From a virus, in IMG/VR virus record IMGVR_UViG_3300025127_000007, positions 1 through 32,719 of that record: DNA of 32,719 bases; one strand, given 5' to 3'. The notes under the pieces are model-generated. The model saw only the letters and a program-made list of their open reading frames with translations, did not search any database and had not been told where the DNA came from. The translations under genes were made by a program, and so were the position numbers. Shown piece by piece: positions 1 through 7,212 of this stretch. The first letter of the stretch is position 1; each line of letters opens with the position of its first letter.

Positions 1-127
1 ACTCCGATTTGGTCTATGAAGGCATTTTTACCAACAACATTCTCAATTCGCACCGCATCACGCAGACGAGAACCCATCTGCTGTGATAGCATCTGCACGT
101 TTGCAGAATACTGTTGCACAAATGCCG
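1..127. repeat. Terminal direct repeat, copy 1 (exact duplicate of 32593..32719); assembly-type overlap of a circular or circularly permuted genome
   Basis: Direct comparison: actccgatttggtctatgaagg...ctgttgcacaaatgccg is present at both window ends, 127 of 127 nt identical. Confidence 0.97.
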
Positions 128-146
128 TAGTTACTTGAGTAGACAT
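1..146 (-). CDS. Major capsid protein, 5' part (first 146 nt); continues into 31860..32592 across the circular junction
   Basis: Reverse-strand ATG at 146..144 preceded by caggaggtaggcta (GGAGG). It translates MSTQVTTAFVQQYSANVQMLSQQMGSRLRDAVRIENVVGKNAFIDQIGV and runs in frame into the 31860..32711 ORF once the 127-nt overlap is collapsed (879 nt, 292 aa in total). Confidence 0.85.
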   Translation of the reverse strand, partial: MSTQVTTAFVQQYSANVQMLSQQMGSRLRDAVRIENVVGKNAFIDQIG

Positions 147-174
147 TAGCCTACCTCCTGTTCTACGTTGACAT

Positions 175-405
175 TTACACTAATCGCGGCGTGCTACCCT
201 TTCGGACACTCCTAGCTTTTTTGCCAGCATCGGGCTTTCGTCTTTCCGAATTGTCAGCAGGACGGTCCTCACCGCTACCCTGCACGACCCACTTGTAATA
301 CTTTTCTGCAAGTTGGTCAGGTTCCATCATATCACGTTGTGTACCAAACTCAATGGCAATACGCAAACACTCTAAACGCAAGTCTATTTCCTCTTGTTCA
401 GTCAT
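175..405 (-). CDS. Hypothetical small protein between scaffold and capsid genes (acidic N-terminus, basic C-terminus)
   Basis: 76-aa ORF; its start overlaps the scaffold stop by 8 nt (atgactga); no recognisable domain. Confidence 0.6.
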   Translation of the reverse strand: MTEQEEIDLRLECLRIAIEFGTQRDMMEPDQLAEKYYKWVVQGSGEDRPADNSERRKPDAGKKARSVRKGSTPRLV

Positions 406-1234
406 GTATCATGCTCATCAGTTCTGATACACGTGCAATGGCACGCTCACGCGCCACAACATTCTTTCTGTCTGTGTATTCTGGTGAACGCATGATTGCA
501 TCCACTTCTGCTTGTGCTTGTTGCCTTGTCATTACATTTGCCATAGCTGGCTCTGCAATAGAGTCCTCACTTGTCACTGTCTTTTTGAAATCGGCTATAG
601 CAGCAAACACTTTGACAAACGCAGGATGATTGCCAACCTTTGTGCCATCAGCTAGGTCCATCCCAAGCACGCCATCACCATCGAACTCTTTGATAGCTGA
701 CTGTGCAGCCTGTAACTTGGTATCATATGCTTGACCCCACTCTTGACGTAGTGATGCCTCTGTCTGCTCTGCCTGTTCTTTCATGGCAACCTGCATACCT
801 TCAGCAGAGTTTGATGCTTCCGACAGATAGTAATTTAAAATACCAGTTGCTTGGTCTGGCGTAAGACGCAGAGCGTGTGCAGCTTCCTTAAATCTTGTTG
901 TGTCATCTTCTGTAAGAATGTTGCCATCAGCTTGTATGGCATATCCGTCTGGCTGTTCTGGCCTACCCAAACGTCCAAAGATATTGTCCAAGTCCTCATC
1001 TGTGGGGTTTGCTGGCAATGGCAGTTTATCGGTGCCGATCAAACGCTGTGCGTTAATGTATGAACGTGCCAGGTTTGGCACATCTTTGATTGGTGATAGG
1101 CTTGGGTGATCCCTCAGTTCTTCTGGAACCAAACTCAAGAAGTCGTTACCAGACCCGCCTTGCGCTACCTCTGCTGGTGTTTCCAGCGTTGGCAACTCAG
1201 GCTGGGCTACCTGTTCAGCTACTTGTTCTGACAT
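398..1234 (-). CDS. Putative head scaffolding protein
   Basis: 278 aa, acidic and Ala/Glu/Gln-rich with helical character; located between portal and capsid genes as in T7-type modules. Confidence 0.6.
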   Translation of the reverse strand: MSEQVAEQVAQPELPTLETPAEVAQGGSGNDFLSLVPEELRDHPSLSPIKDVPNLARSYINAQRLIGTDKLPLPANPTDEDLDNIFGRLGRPEQPDGYAIQADGNILTEDDTTRFKEAAHALRLTPDQATGILNYYLSEASNSAEGMQVAMKEQAEQTEASLRQEWGQAYDTKLQAAQSAIKEFDGDGVLGMDLADGTKVGNHPAFVKVFAAIADFKKTVTSEDSIAEPAMANVMTRQQAQAEVDAIMRSPEYTDRKNVVARERAIARVSELMSMIHD

Positions 1235-1438
1235 TTATTCCTCTTTCATCATGTTGTGAATGTAAAGGACAACAGCACGTTTGCCCTCTTCGTAGGATGT
1301 GGCGTTTGTATCTCCAGCCACAAAACTTGAGACATTGTAATTACAACGCACCTCAAGATCGTGTAAAAGTTTCTTGCCAGTCTCTGTGCTAAATGTATCA
1401 GAGTACATCTGGCGCAACTTTTTCATCTCTTCGTTCAT
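1235..1438 (-). CDS. Small head-morphogenesis-associated protein (possibly Bbp19-like)
   Basis: 67-aa ORF abutting the scaffold start and overlapping the portal stop by 4 nt. The pattern TF.T.TGKKLL.DLE..C...S.F..GD...T.Y.EGKR.VV recalls small proteins found after portal genes in BPP-1-like podoviruses (recollection only). Confidence 0.55.
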   Translation of the reverse strand: MNEEMKKLRQMYSDTFSTETGKKLLHDLEVRCNYNVSSFVAGDTNATSYEEGKRAVVLYIHNMMKEE

Positions 1439-3021
1439 TTATTTACCATCCGTACAGCCTGTGCTGCTTGCGCTACATTAGATACATCCTCTGCGTCTTG
1501 CTGACGTTGCATCTGTTCTGCTTCCATAGCTGCACGTTGCTGTCTTGTTTGCTCAATCTGTGCCTGCGGGAACAGCACTTCTTTTGGCACGCCAAGTGTA
1601 TCAACAACATGATTGACCAAGCCATCTGGGTTGAGGTGGTCTCCAACAGGCAGGCTCTGTGAAAGCGGCAACAATATCTCCAAAGCCTTCATGGTGCTGT
1701 TGAGGCTGCTTGATTTTTGTGCGCGTGCTAGAGGCGATACATACTCAATATCAATATCTCTGCCCTGCAATGACTCTGGTGGTATCGCAAGCATCTCTTC
1801 GCGTAGCATCAAAGCAAATGTTCTGTCGATTAAAGGGCGCAACATCTCATTCATAAGTCTGCCAAGCACAGGACCAATGACTCGCATACGCTCTTCTTGC
1901 CTTTGCACAACCTCTGTTGCTGTCATGTTTGGCGTTGCTGCTGACAATATCTGGTCAACATAAAACGCAGAACGCACTGCGGCGCGTCTTTGCTCTTCCA
2001 TCGACAAGCCAATAGGTATGTTTGCACCTGTATTGAGTGGCGTAATGGTATCCCTTGTGCCACTTCTAAAGAAGTTCAAACCGCCAGGTTGTGTGCGTAC
2101 AGGCAGCATGAACCCATCATCTGGTACTAACAGAGGTGGATCAATCATCTTCTGTGCAGCCTGTATGATTGTCTTTGACATCAGGTTCAGCATCTTTACA
2201 TCAGGCAGCGCAATCATGGCTGGTGATCTTCCCATCACCTCACCTGTGGCTTTCAAGAAACGTGGCACGATATACGGAAACTCCTCAAAGCCACTGATGC
2301 TTACAGGCATCTTTGTCTGCATACAGATGTAAACAGAAGCAAATGGCATGTTGAGATTGTCTACCTTTTGCGGATCTCTTTCTGTGCGCGGTAGCACAGC
2401 GTGCAACATAGTGACATCTTCATCAGGATTCTTTTGAAACTTCTTGGCAATAAACTCGCCAACATTCTCCAGCCCAAACCGTTGCACTGCTTGCCGTGCT
2501 GGTATCTTGTACTTACGGAAAACAGTATCGACCAGACCAAACTGGTTCTCTGCAATGTAAAACTCTGATATGTGGCGTGTGCTAAATCGTAGCTCACTGC
2601 CATCCATCTCGACAAACATACAGCCTGTGCCAAACACAACTAAGTCTACATATAACTCATGCACCTCAGTCTCAAAGTTTGACTGGTTGAAAGCGCGTAT
2701 CATGCGCTTGCTGCTATCCTCTAGCCACCGCTGTACATCATCGTTGCGCCCAATGTCTGGGTCTTTCATCGCAAGGTGAAACCAAGGTGTTGCACCACTT
2801 GTAAGCATGCCATGCAGGGATGCAGACAAAAGGTCTACAGCTTGTAGTGCGGTGCCATCAAAGATAAGCTCCATGCGCTTTTCACCGCGACTACGTTTGC
2901 GCACAATGTCTGCCTTTCTTGGCAGCATGTAATCAGCAAGCTCCTGGTAGTGTGTATCCCAGTTGCCTCTGCGCATTTCCATATAGTCATAGCGTGAGAC
3001 TATTTCTTTGATGGCATCCAT
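1435..3021 (-). CDS. Portal (head-tail connector) protein, T7 gp8-type
   Basis: 528 aa, the largest ORF between terminase and scaffold. The overall pattern and the GRSPAMIALPDVKMLNLMSKTIIQAAQKMIDPPLLV segment parallel the T7 gp8 core; Gln/Ala-rich C-terminal tail. Confidence 0.8.
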   Translation of the reverse strand: MDAIKEIVSRYDYMEMRRGNWDTHYQELADYMLPRKADIVRKRSRGEKRMELIFDGTALQAVDLLSASLHGMLTSGATPWFHLAMKDPDIGRNDDVQRWLEDSSKRMIRAFNQSNFETEVHELYVDLVVFGTGCMFVEMDGSELRFSTRHISEFYIAENQFGLVDTVFRKYKIPARQAVQRFGLENVGEFIAKKFQKNPDEDVTMLHAVLPRTERDPQKVDNLNMPFASVYICMQTKMPVSISGFEEFPYIVPRFLKATGEVMGRSPAMIALPDVKMLNLMSKTIIQAAQKMIDPPLLVPDDGFMLPVRTQPGGLNFFRSGTRDTITPLNTGANIPIGLSMEEQRRAAVRSAFYVDQILSAATPNMTATEVVQRQEERMRVIGPVLGRLMNEMLRPLIDRTFALMLREEMLAIPPESLQGRDIDIEYVSPLARAQKSSSLNSTMKALEILLPLSQSLPVGDHLNPDGLVNHVVDTLGVPKEVLFPQAQIEQTRQQRAAMEAEQMQRQQDAEDVSNVAQAAQAVRMVNK

Positions 3022-3025
3022 GATT

Positions 3026-3235
3026 TTATCCTAACAAGGTTGGTGTTTGTCCTGTAGCTGTGTCACCAAGTGCGCCAGCAACAATAGTTGAACCCCTGCC
3101 CTTACGTCTGCGTACTCTTGCGCCCATAGCCTCCTCTGCTCTTGCAGATGCACGCGCCATATCTGTTTGATCTGGCATAGCTGGTGGCTCTGGTGGTGGC
3201 GGTGGTGCAGGTATCCTTGGTGTTAAAAATGACAT
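3026..3235 (-). CDS. Proline-rich small protein, unknown function
   Basis: 69-aa ORF with RIPAPPPPPEPPAMP at the N-terminus and a basic RVRRRKGRG stretch; sits between the 255-aa Gly/Arg-rich ORF and the portal gene. Confidence 0.55.
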   Translation of the reverse strand: MSFLTPRIPAPPPPPEPPAMPDQTDMARASARAEEAMGARVRRRKGRGSTIVAGALGDTATGQTPTLLG

Positions 3236-3237
3236 AT

Positions 3238-4005
3238 CTATCCTCCGTATGAACTAGATGGGCCGCGTAGCAAAATACCTTCTTCACCAAGACCAGCCTG
3301 ACCAAATCTTGCGCCCCTTGTTCTGCGCCTATCTCTTGTGAAAGCTGTTCTGCCTCTCGTGGCAAGAGGTACGTCATCTCTCTCTGGAGTTACCTCTGGT
3401 GTAACTTCTGGTGTAATATCTGGCCTTTGTGGTTGACCCTCTGCTGTTGCCGCTGCCGTAGGTGACGCAACGCTAAAAGTTCCTGACTCTCCTCTTGCGC
3501 CAACAACTCTGCTGCTTGAATCGGTGATTGGATCGCCACCCTCTATAAGTCTATCAAGAATTGTTTTTGCAGATCTTTGACCTATAACATTTAAAACATT
3601 GAGTGCTGCGCTACCAACACCTGGCACTGACACTCTGCCTGCTGGTAACTGTCCAATGTTTGTGCGTTTTGCCAAATCCCCAAGTTGCTCTTTTGATATA
3701 TCTGTTCTGCCAGCTAGTCTTGCCGATGCCACTTGCCCAAAGCCACTTGAACCAATCGTTGCCAAAACATCTCCTGGTGCAAGACCACGTTCAGGCGCAC
3801 GCCGCATGCTTCTTTCTTCAGCAGTAAGGTTCATTCCCCCAACTGGATTTCTGCCACGTTGCTGCTGTTGTCTTACCATTGCCTGTGCGGCATCATCTCG
3901 AAAGCGTTGCCCTTGTGTGCGCCTTGGTGCGCCAGTAGCCCTTATAGGTTGTGTACCGCCTATGTTCGTAGCACCACCGCTTGTGCCTGATCCTCCACTA
4001 CCCAT
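3238..4005 (-). CDS. Gly/Arg/Pro-rich low-complexity protein, unknown function (possible virion or ejected protein)
   Basis: 255-aa ORF. N-terminus MGSGGSGTSGGATNIGG; internal ITPEVTPEVTPE repeat (about 3384..3422); C-terminal RDRRRTRGARFG; start overlaps the upstream gene by 8 nt. Confidence 0.6.
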   Translation of the reverse strand: MGSGGSGTSGGATNIGGTQPIRATGAPRRTQGQRFRDDAAQAMVRQQQQRGRNPVGGMNLTAEERSMRRAPERGLAPGDVLATIGSSGFGQVASARLAGRTDISKEQLGDLAKRTNIGQLPAGRVSVPGVGSAALNVLNVIGQRSAKTILDRLIEGGDPITDSSSRVVGARGESGTFSVASPTAAATAEGQPQRPDITPEVTPEVTPERDDVPLATRGRTAFTRDRRRTRGARFGQAGLGEEGILLRGPSSSYGG

Positions 4006-4396
4006 TATGGCTCTCCTTCAGTTTGTACCAGCCTATCTTGCCAGTTTCAGTGCGCAACCATAACGCTTTGTCATGACCGCTTTGCACCAGATGATCTCGT
4101 ATATGTCGCATCATACGCGCTATGCTACTCTTTCCTTGCAAACAAATAAAGTCTACTATCCAAACTGTGCCTCCCCCGCCATCAAACCCATCCACAGGAA
4201 ACTTATTTTCTAGCAGGTAATCTTGCACTTGCCACTCGTTTGGGAATCCCCAAGTTGCAAAGCCTTCATCCATCAGCACATACTGATCTAGGCGCATCGG
4301 TTGCTCTACAAAGTTCTCAAACTCTTCCTCCCCCCACCACTGGTGGTACTCGCTACTTTCTACCAACTCTAGTATATGCTCTCTTTCGTCCATCAT
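3998..4396 (-). CDS. HlyC/TAAT-like (RTX-toxin-activating lysine acyltransferase family) protein
   Basis: 132 aa. The segments EYHQWWG, QYVLMDEGFATWGF and GGGTVWIVDFICLQG line up with HlyC GHVSWLW, QYVLL...CSWA and GDRKWFIDWIAPFG, which contain the catalytic His/Asp dyad. ATGA overlap with the terL stop. Confidence 0.5.
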   Translation of the reverse strand: MMDEREHILELVESSEYHQWWGEEEFENFVEQPMRLDQYVLMDEGFATWGFPNEWQVQDYLLENKFPVDGFDGGGGTVWIVDFICLQGKSSIARMMRHIRDHLVQSGHDKALWLRTETGKIGWYKLKESHNG

Positions 4397-5679
4397 AGTG
4401 TAAATGGATTGTACTCATTCATCGCCATTTTCTGCGGAGGGCGAAGCACAGCTTGTCTATTCTCCAACCCAACAGCCAGATACCTAAACGCATCCGCAGA
4501 GTGACTCGTGTAATCATGCCTTGGATGATCTCTGAAAACTTTTTTGCGTTCGTCCCACTCTTGCCTGTACTGTCGTAACATCTCCAAGCCATCGTATGTT
4601 TTTTCCCTGTCAAAGAAACATTTGGGCAGCATCATGCGTGCAGCGTTGATACCATCTGCAATCTTCATCTTTGGAATAACACGAAAGCGTATGCCAAGAC
4701 TGAACGCAGTCTCTAGCCTAGACTTGCCAGAACCAAGCTCTCTTACTTCAATGTCGTGCGGAGCAAGGTGATCGCCGTAGTGGTAATCTTTCTGACGTAA
4801 TACCTCAGCGTAGTGATCCAACCCGACACCGCTGTTTTCATAGTAGTCAATAACATTAATCGAACCGCCTCTAAATACTTGCGCAAACCAAATGGCTGTT
4901 GAGTCGTTTATACCCAGATCCCATGCGGTATGCACAGGATAAGCAGGGTCATATGGAACCCTAGTAACCCTTCCGTTATCATCGGCATCAGAAAGCAGCT
5001 TTCCATAATAGGCACCTATTATAGCAGCGGTAAACGAACATTCATACTCTTGCTCGTATTGCTCTGGCGTCATCTGCGCCCTAGCCGCCTCTAGCTCTTC
5101 TTTCTTTACAAGCTCACTCTCAGATGCCTTGACTACCTTCCAGTACCATTGCTCAGAGCCTTCTTGCTCTTCAGACTTGGCCTGTTCCAATAGATCAAAA
5201 AAATGATTATGTCCCGCTGGGGTGCCTAGAAATACAGCCGCACCTTCCCTATCAGACAGGGCAGGACGTACAACCTCCCCCCACACCCTGGGATTTTGCA
5301 TGCCAAACTCATCGAATACACATAGATCAAGATAGATACCTCTCAGACTGTCTGGGTTCTCCGCTGACAATAACATCAGCCTGCCACCATTTGGAAAGTC
5401 TACACGCAACTCAGTCTCATTGAAACTAACGCCAGGTATAACAGCCGCATAATACTTTACATAATCCCAAGCTATGCGCTTGGCCTGCGTAAAAGTAGGT
5501 GCAACAAAAGCAACCCTTGGCCTTGGTAACTCACAAGTCAAAGCATGTCTGATAAGGTGATTGACTGCCCAGACCGTCTTACCAAAGCGTCTGTGCATCA
5601 CCAGTACATTCCAACGCTTCACACTCTTGTGCATTTCTGCTTGTAAGGATCTAGGCTTGTAAGGGATCTTTACCTGCAT
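4393..5679 (-). CDS. terL: Terminase large subunit
   Basis: 428 aa from the first ATG (5679; the track ORF starts at an upstream GTG), with GGGAAGG just upstream. Walker A-like HRRFGKT, Walker B-like LCVFDEFG, and C-terminal nuclease-type AWDLGINDSTAIW. TGATG overlap with terS. Confidence 0.88.
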   Translation of the reverse strand: MQVKIPYKPRSLQAEMHKSVKRWNVLVMHRRFGKTVWAVNHLIRHALTCELPRPRVAFVAPTFTQAKRIAWDYVKYYAAVIPGVSFNETELRVDFPNGGRLMLLSAENPDSLRGIYLDLCVFDEFGMQNPRVWGEVVRPALSDREGAAVFLGTPAGHNHFFDLLEQAKSEEQEGSEQWYWKVVKASESELVKKEELEAARAQMTPEQYEQEYECSFTAAIIGAYYGKLLSDADDNGRVTRVPYDPAYPVHTAWDLGINDSTAIWFAQVFRGGSINVIDYYENSGVGLDHYAEVLRQKDYHYGDHLAPHDIEVRELGSGKSRLETAFSLGIRFRVIPKMKIADGINAARMMLPKCFFDREKTYDGLEMLRQYRQEWDERKKVFRDHPRHDYTSHSADAFRYLAVGLENRQAVLRPPQKMAMNEYNPFTL

Positions 5680-6056
5680 CACCCTTCCCACATAATCTTC
5701 ACACCACCATCAGTAACCTCTACACCAGCACGATTCTTACTATCACCATACTGGTCTGGCATAACCTTGCCCGCCTTCCAACGTATATGTAAAGCATAAT
5801 CCCTTAGAACATTAGGATCATAGTTCCTCTCACCACTCAACTGATGCTGATACATAGCCTCAACATCCTCTAGTGCCTTCTCAGCACTCTGCTGTTGAGC
5901 AGTCTTGATAGCATTACTAATCTCAGGATCACTGCCCATCCTCGTATACAAAGCAGACCTAGATACACGGTTACGCTCACATGCCTTCACAAGCGTGTAA
6001 CCCTGCATCACATCAGATGCTACCCTGTCAATCTTAGCTCTGGGTATCTTAGCCAT
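5679..6056 (-). CDS. terS: Terminase small subunit (HTH-containing)
   Basis: 125 aa from ATG 6056 (acggagagaacATG). N-terminal HTH-like GYTLVKACERNRVSRSALYTRM; immediately upstream of and coupled to terL; first gene of the leftward block. Confidence 0.65.
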   Translation of the reverse strand: MAKIPRAKIDRVASDVMQGYTLVKACERNRVSRSALYTRMGSDPEISNAIKTAQQQSAEKALEDVEAMYQHQLSGERNYDPNVLRDYALHIRWKAGKVMPDQYGDSKNRAGVEVTDGGVKIMWEG

Positions 6057-6277
6057 GTTCTCTCCGTGTGTGTGAAAGTAGTAATTAACACACATACAAC
6101 GCGCGTGCGCACACAGGGGCTCGTGCCTTTGTTCTATGCCCCCCGTGGGGTCACGTTGCAGCGCTGCGCATTGCTACATTGCCGCGCGAAAGTGTCCGCG
6201 TTGTGCGTGAAATAAAATATACAACACACAATTCTACAACCACCAATCAACGCTGAATCATTGCCTGACTCACTGCC

Positions 6278-6306
6278 ACAATGTGCAACAATGTTTGACA
6301 CAATGT
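6278..6306. promoter_or_regulatory. Three ACAATGT motifs (6278, 6288, 6300) overlapping the -35 of a rightward promoter; candidate operator set
   Basis: ccACAATGTgcaACAATGTttgacACAATGTtat. The 12-mer acacaatgttat recurs at 8566..8577. Confidence 0.5.
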
Positions 6307-6323
6307 TATTAATATCACATATG
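6295..6323 (+). promoter_or_regulatory. Possible sigma70-type early promoter (weak -10)
   Basis: TTGACA at 6295..6300, a 17-nt spacer, then catatg at 6318..6323. Confidence 0.3.
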
Positions 6324-6326
6324 GGA

Positions 6327-6354
6327 TTGACAGTATAGTAACCAATGGTTATAT
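6327..6354 (+). promoter_or_regulatory. Probable sigma70-type early promoter
   Basis: TTGACA at 6327..6332, a 16-nt spacer ending in tgg (extended -10 TGn), then TTATAT at 6349..6354; about 30 nt upstream of the first rightward gene. Confidence 0.5.
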
Positions 6355-6386
6355 GTAGGTTATCAACTAAAGAAAGGATCAAACAA

Positions 6387-6560
6387 ATGATACGTTACGA
6401 AGTAAGAACACCACACAAGTCCTTCGTAGGTTGCGAGGGAACAATGGCCGAAGCAGTCGAGTATATCCAGTCATTGATTGACGCGGGCGTTGATATTCTT
6501 TCTGTTGAGTATTTTGACAGAGACGAACGGGTGGCAGCAATCAGAAACGGCGAAGTTTAA
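6387..6560 (+). CDS. Hypothetical early protein (57 aa)
   Basis: Start moved to ATG 6387 behind gaaaggatcaaacaa; MIRYEVRTPHKSFVG...; no domain recognised. Confidence 0.6.
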   Translation: MIRYEVRTPHKSFVGCEGTMAEAVEYIQSLIDAGVDILSVEYFDRDERVAAIRNGEV

Positions 6561-6568
6561 TCTTTAAC

Positions 6569-7198
6569 ATGGGGGCATCCATGGAACATTTTACACTACC
6601 ATCAGACGCAAAGCGTGGTCCTAATTGTGGGGTTACTGCTATTGCCGCAGCTACAGGCGAGAGCTTCCAGCGTGTTTGGGCATTGTGCGCAGCGCGTAGC
6701 ATCCGCAAGCGTTTTAGAGGCGGCACCGTACACAATCAGCGTGTAGAGGTCTTAGAGCATCTACAGGCAGACTTTCAACCAATACAGATGCCACGCATGA
6801 CTCTCGACAAGTTTTGCAACTGGTACGCTGAGAATGACACAACCTACATGGTCACAACGACTGGCCATGTTCAGCTTGTGCGCATTATCGACAGTGAGCC
6901 ATATGTGCTGGATCAAACAGGCTGCAAGCCACTGTCTGAGTACTGGGGCAGGCGCAAGTATATCAGCCGCGATGTACTGAAAATGGGTGAGCCAAAGCGC
7001 AAGCCAGTAGCAGCGCCACAACCAACACCACAACAACCAGCAAAGTTTTGCAAGTGTGGCGCGTCATTGCGTACAGGCTCAAATCTTTGCGCTTGTGACA
7101 AACAACCAACCCCAGGCTTTACACATACAAGCCTGTTTCCCGCTCTATTCATAGAGCAACAACCCGCGCAATCAGCGCAACAACTAAATCTATTCTAG
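6569..7198 (+). CDS. Papain-like (C39-type) cysteine peptidase-like domain + CxC..CxC zinc ribbon + Pro/Gln linker + C-terminal QLNLF
   Basis: 209 aa. Candidate nucleophile in GPNCGVTAIAAATG, His in TTTGHVQLV, then YVLDQTG; FCKCGASLRTGSNLCAC; ends ...QSAQQLNLF-stop (caa cta aat cta ttc tag). Confidence 0.5.
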   Translation: MGASMEHFTLPSDAKRGPNCGVTAIAAATGESFQRVWALCAARSIRKRFRGGTVHNQRVEVLEHLQADFQPIQMPRMTLDKFCNWYAENDTTYMVTTTGHVQLVRIIDSEPYVLDQTGCKPLSEYWGRRKYISRDVLKMGEPKRKPVAAPQPTPQQPAKFCKCGASLRTGSNLCACDKQPTPGFTHTSLFPALFIEQQPAQSAQQLNLF

Positions 7199-7212
7199 GA
7201 AGGATCAAACAA

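Noticed and set aside
1-127. Interpreting the 127-bp end repeat as a biological direct terminal repeat or as a mobile-element LTR
   Set aside because: It falls in the middle of the capsid coding sequence and has a typical assembler k-mer length. A true DTR interrupting an essential gene is unlikely, although only read-level data can settle it.
3599-4063. 154-aa + strand ORF antisense to the 255-aa Gly/Arg-rich gene
   Set aside because: It is antisense to a gene that fits the unbroken leftward operon with coupled start and stop codons. GC-rich low-complexity sequence commonly leaves the opposite strand open, and there is no RBS.
5895-6382. Track ORFs 5895..6215 (+) and 6134..6382 (-) in the divergent control region
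   Set aside because: They overlap terS or the promoter region, lack Shine-Dalgarno sequences and have odd composition. The region is better explained as regulatory or structured DNA.
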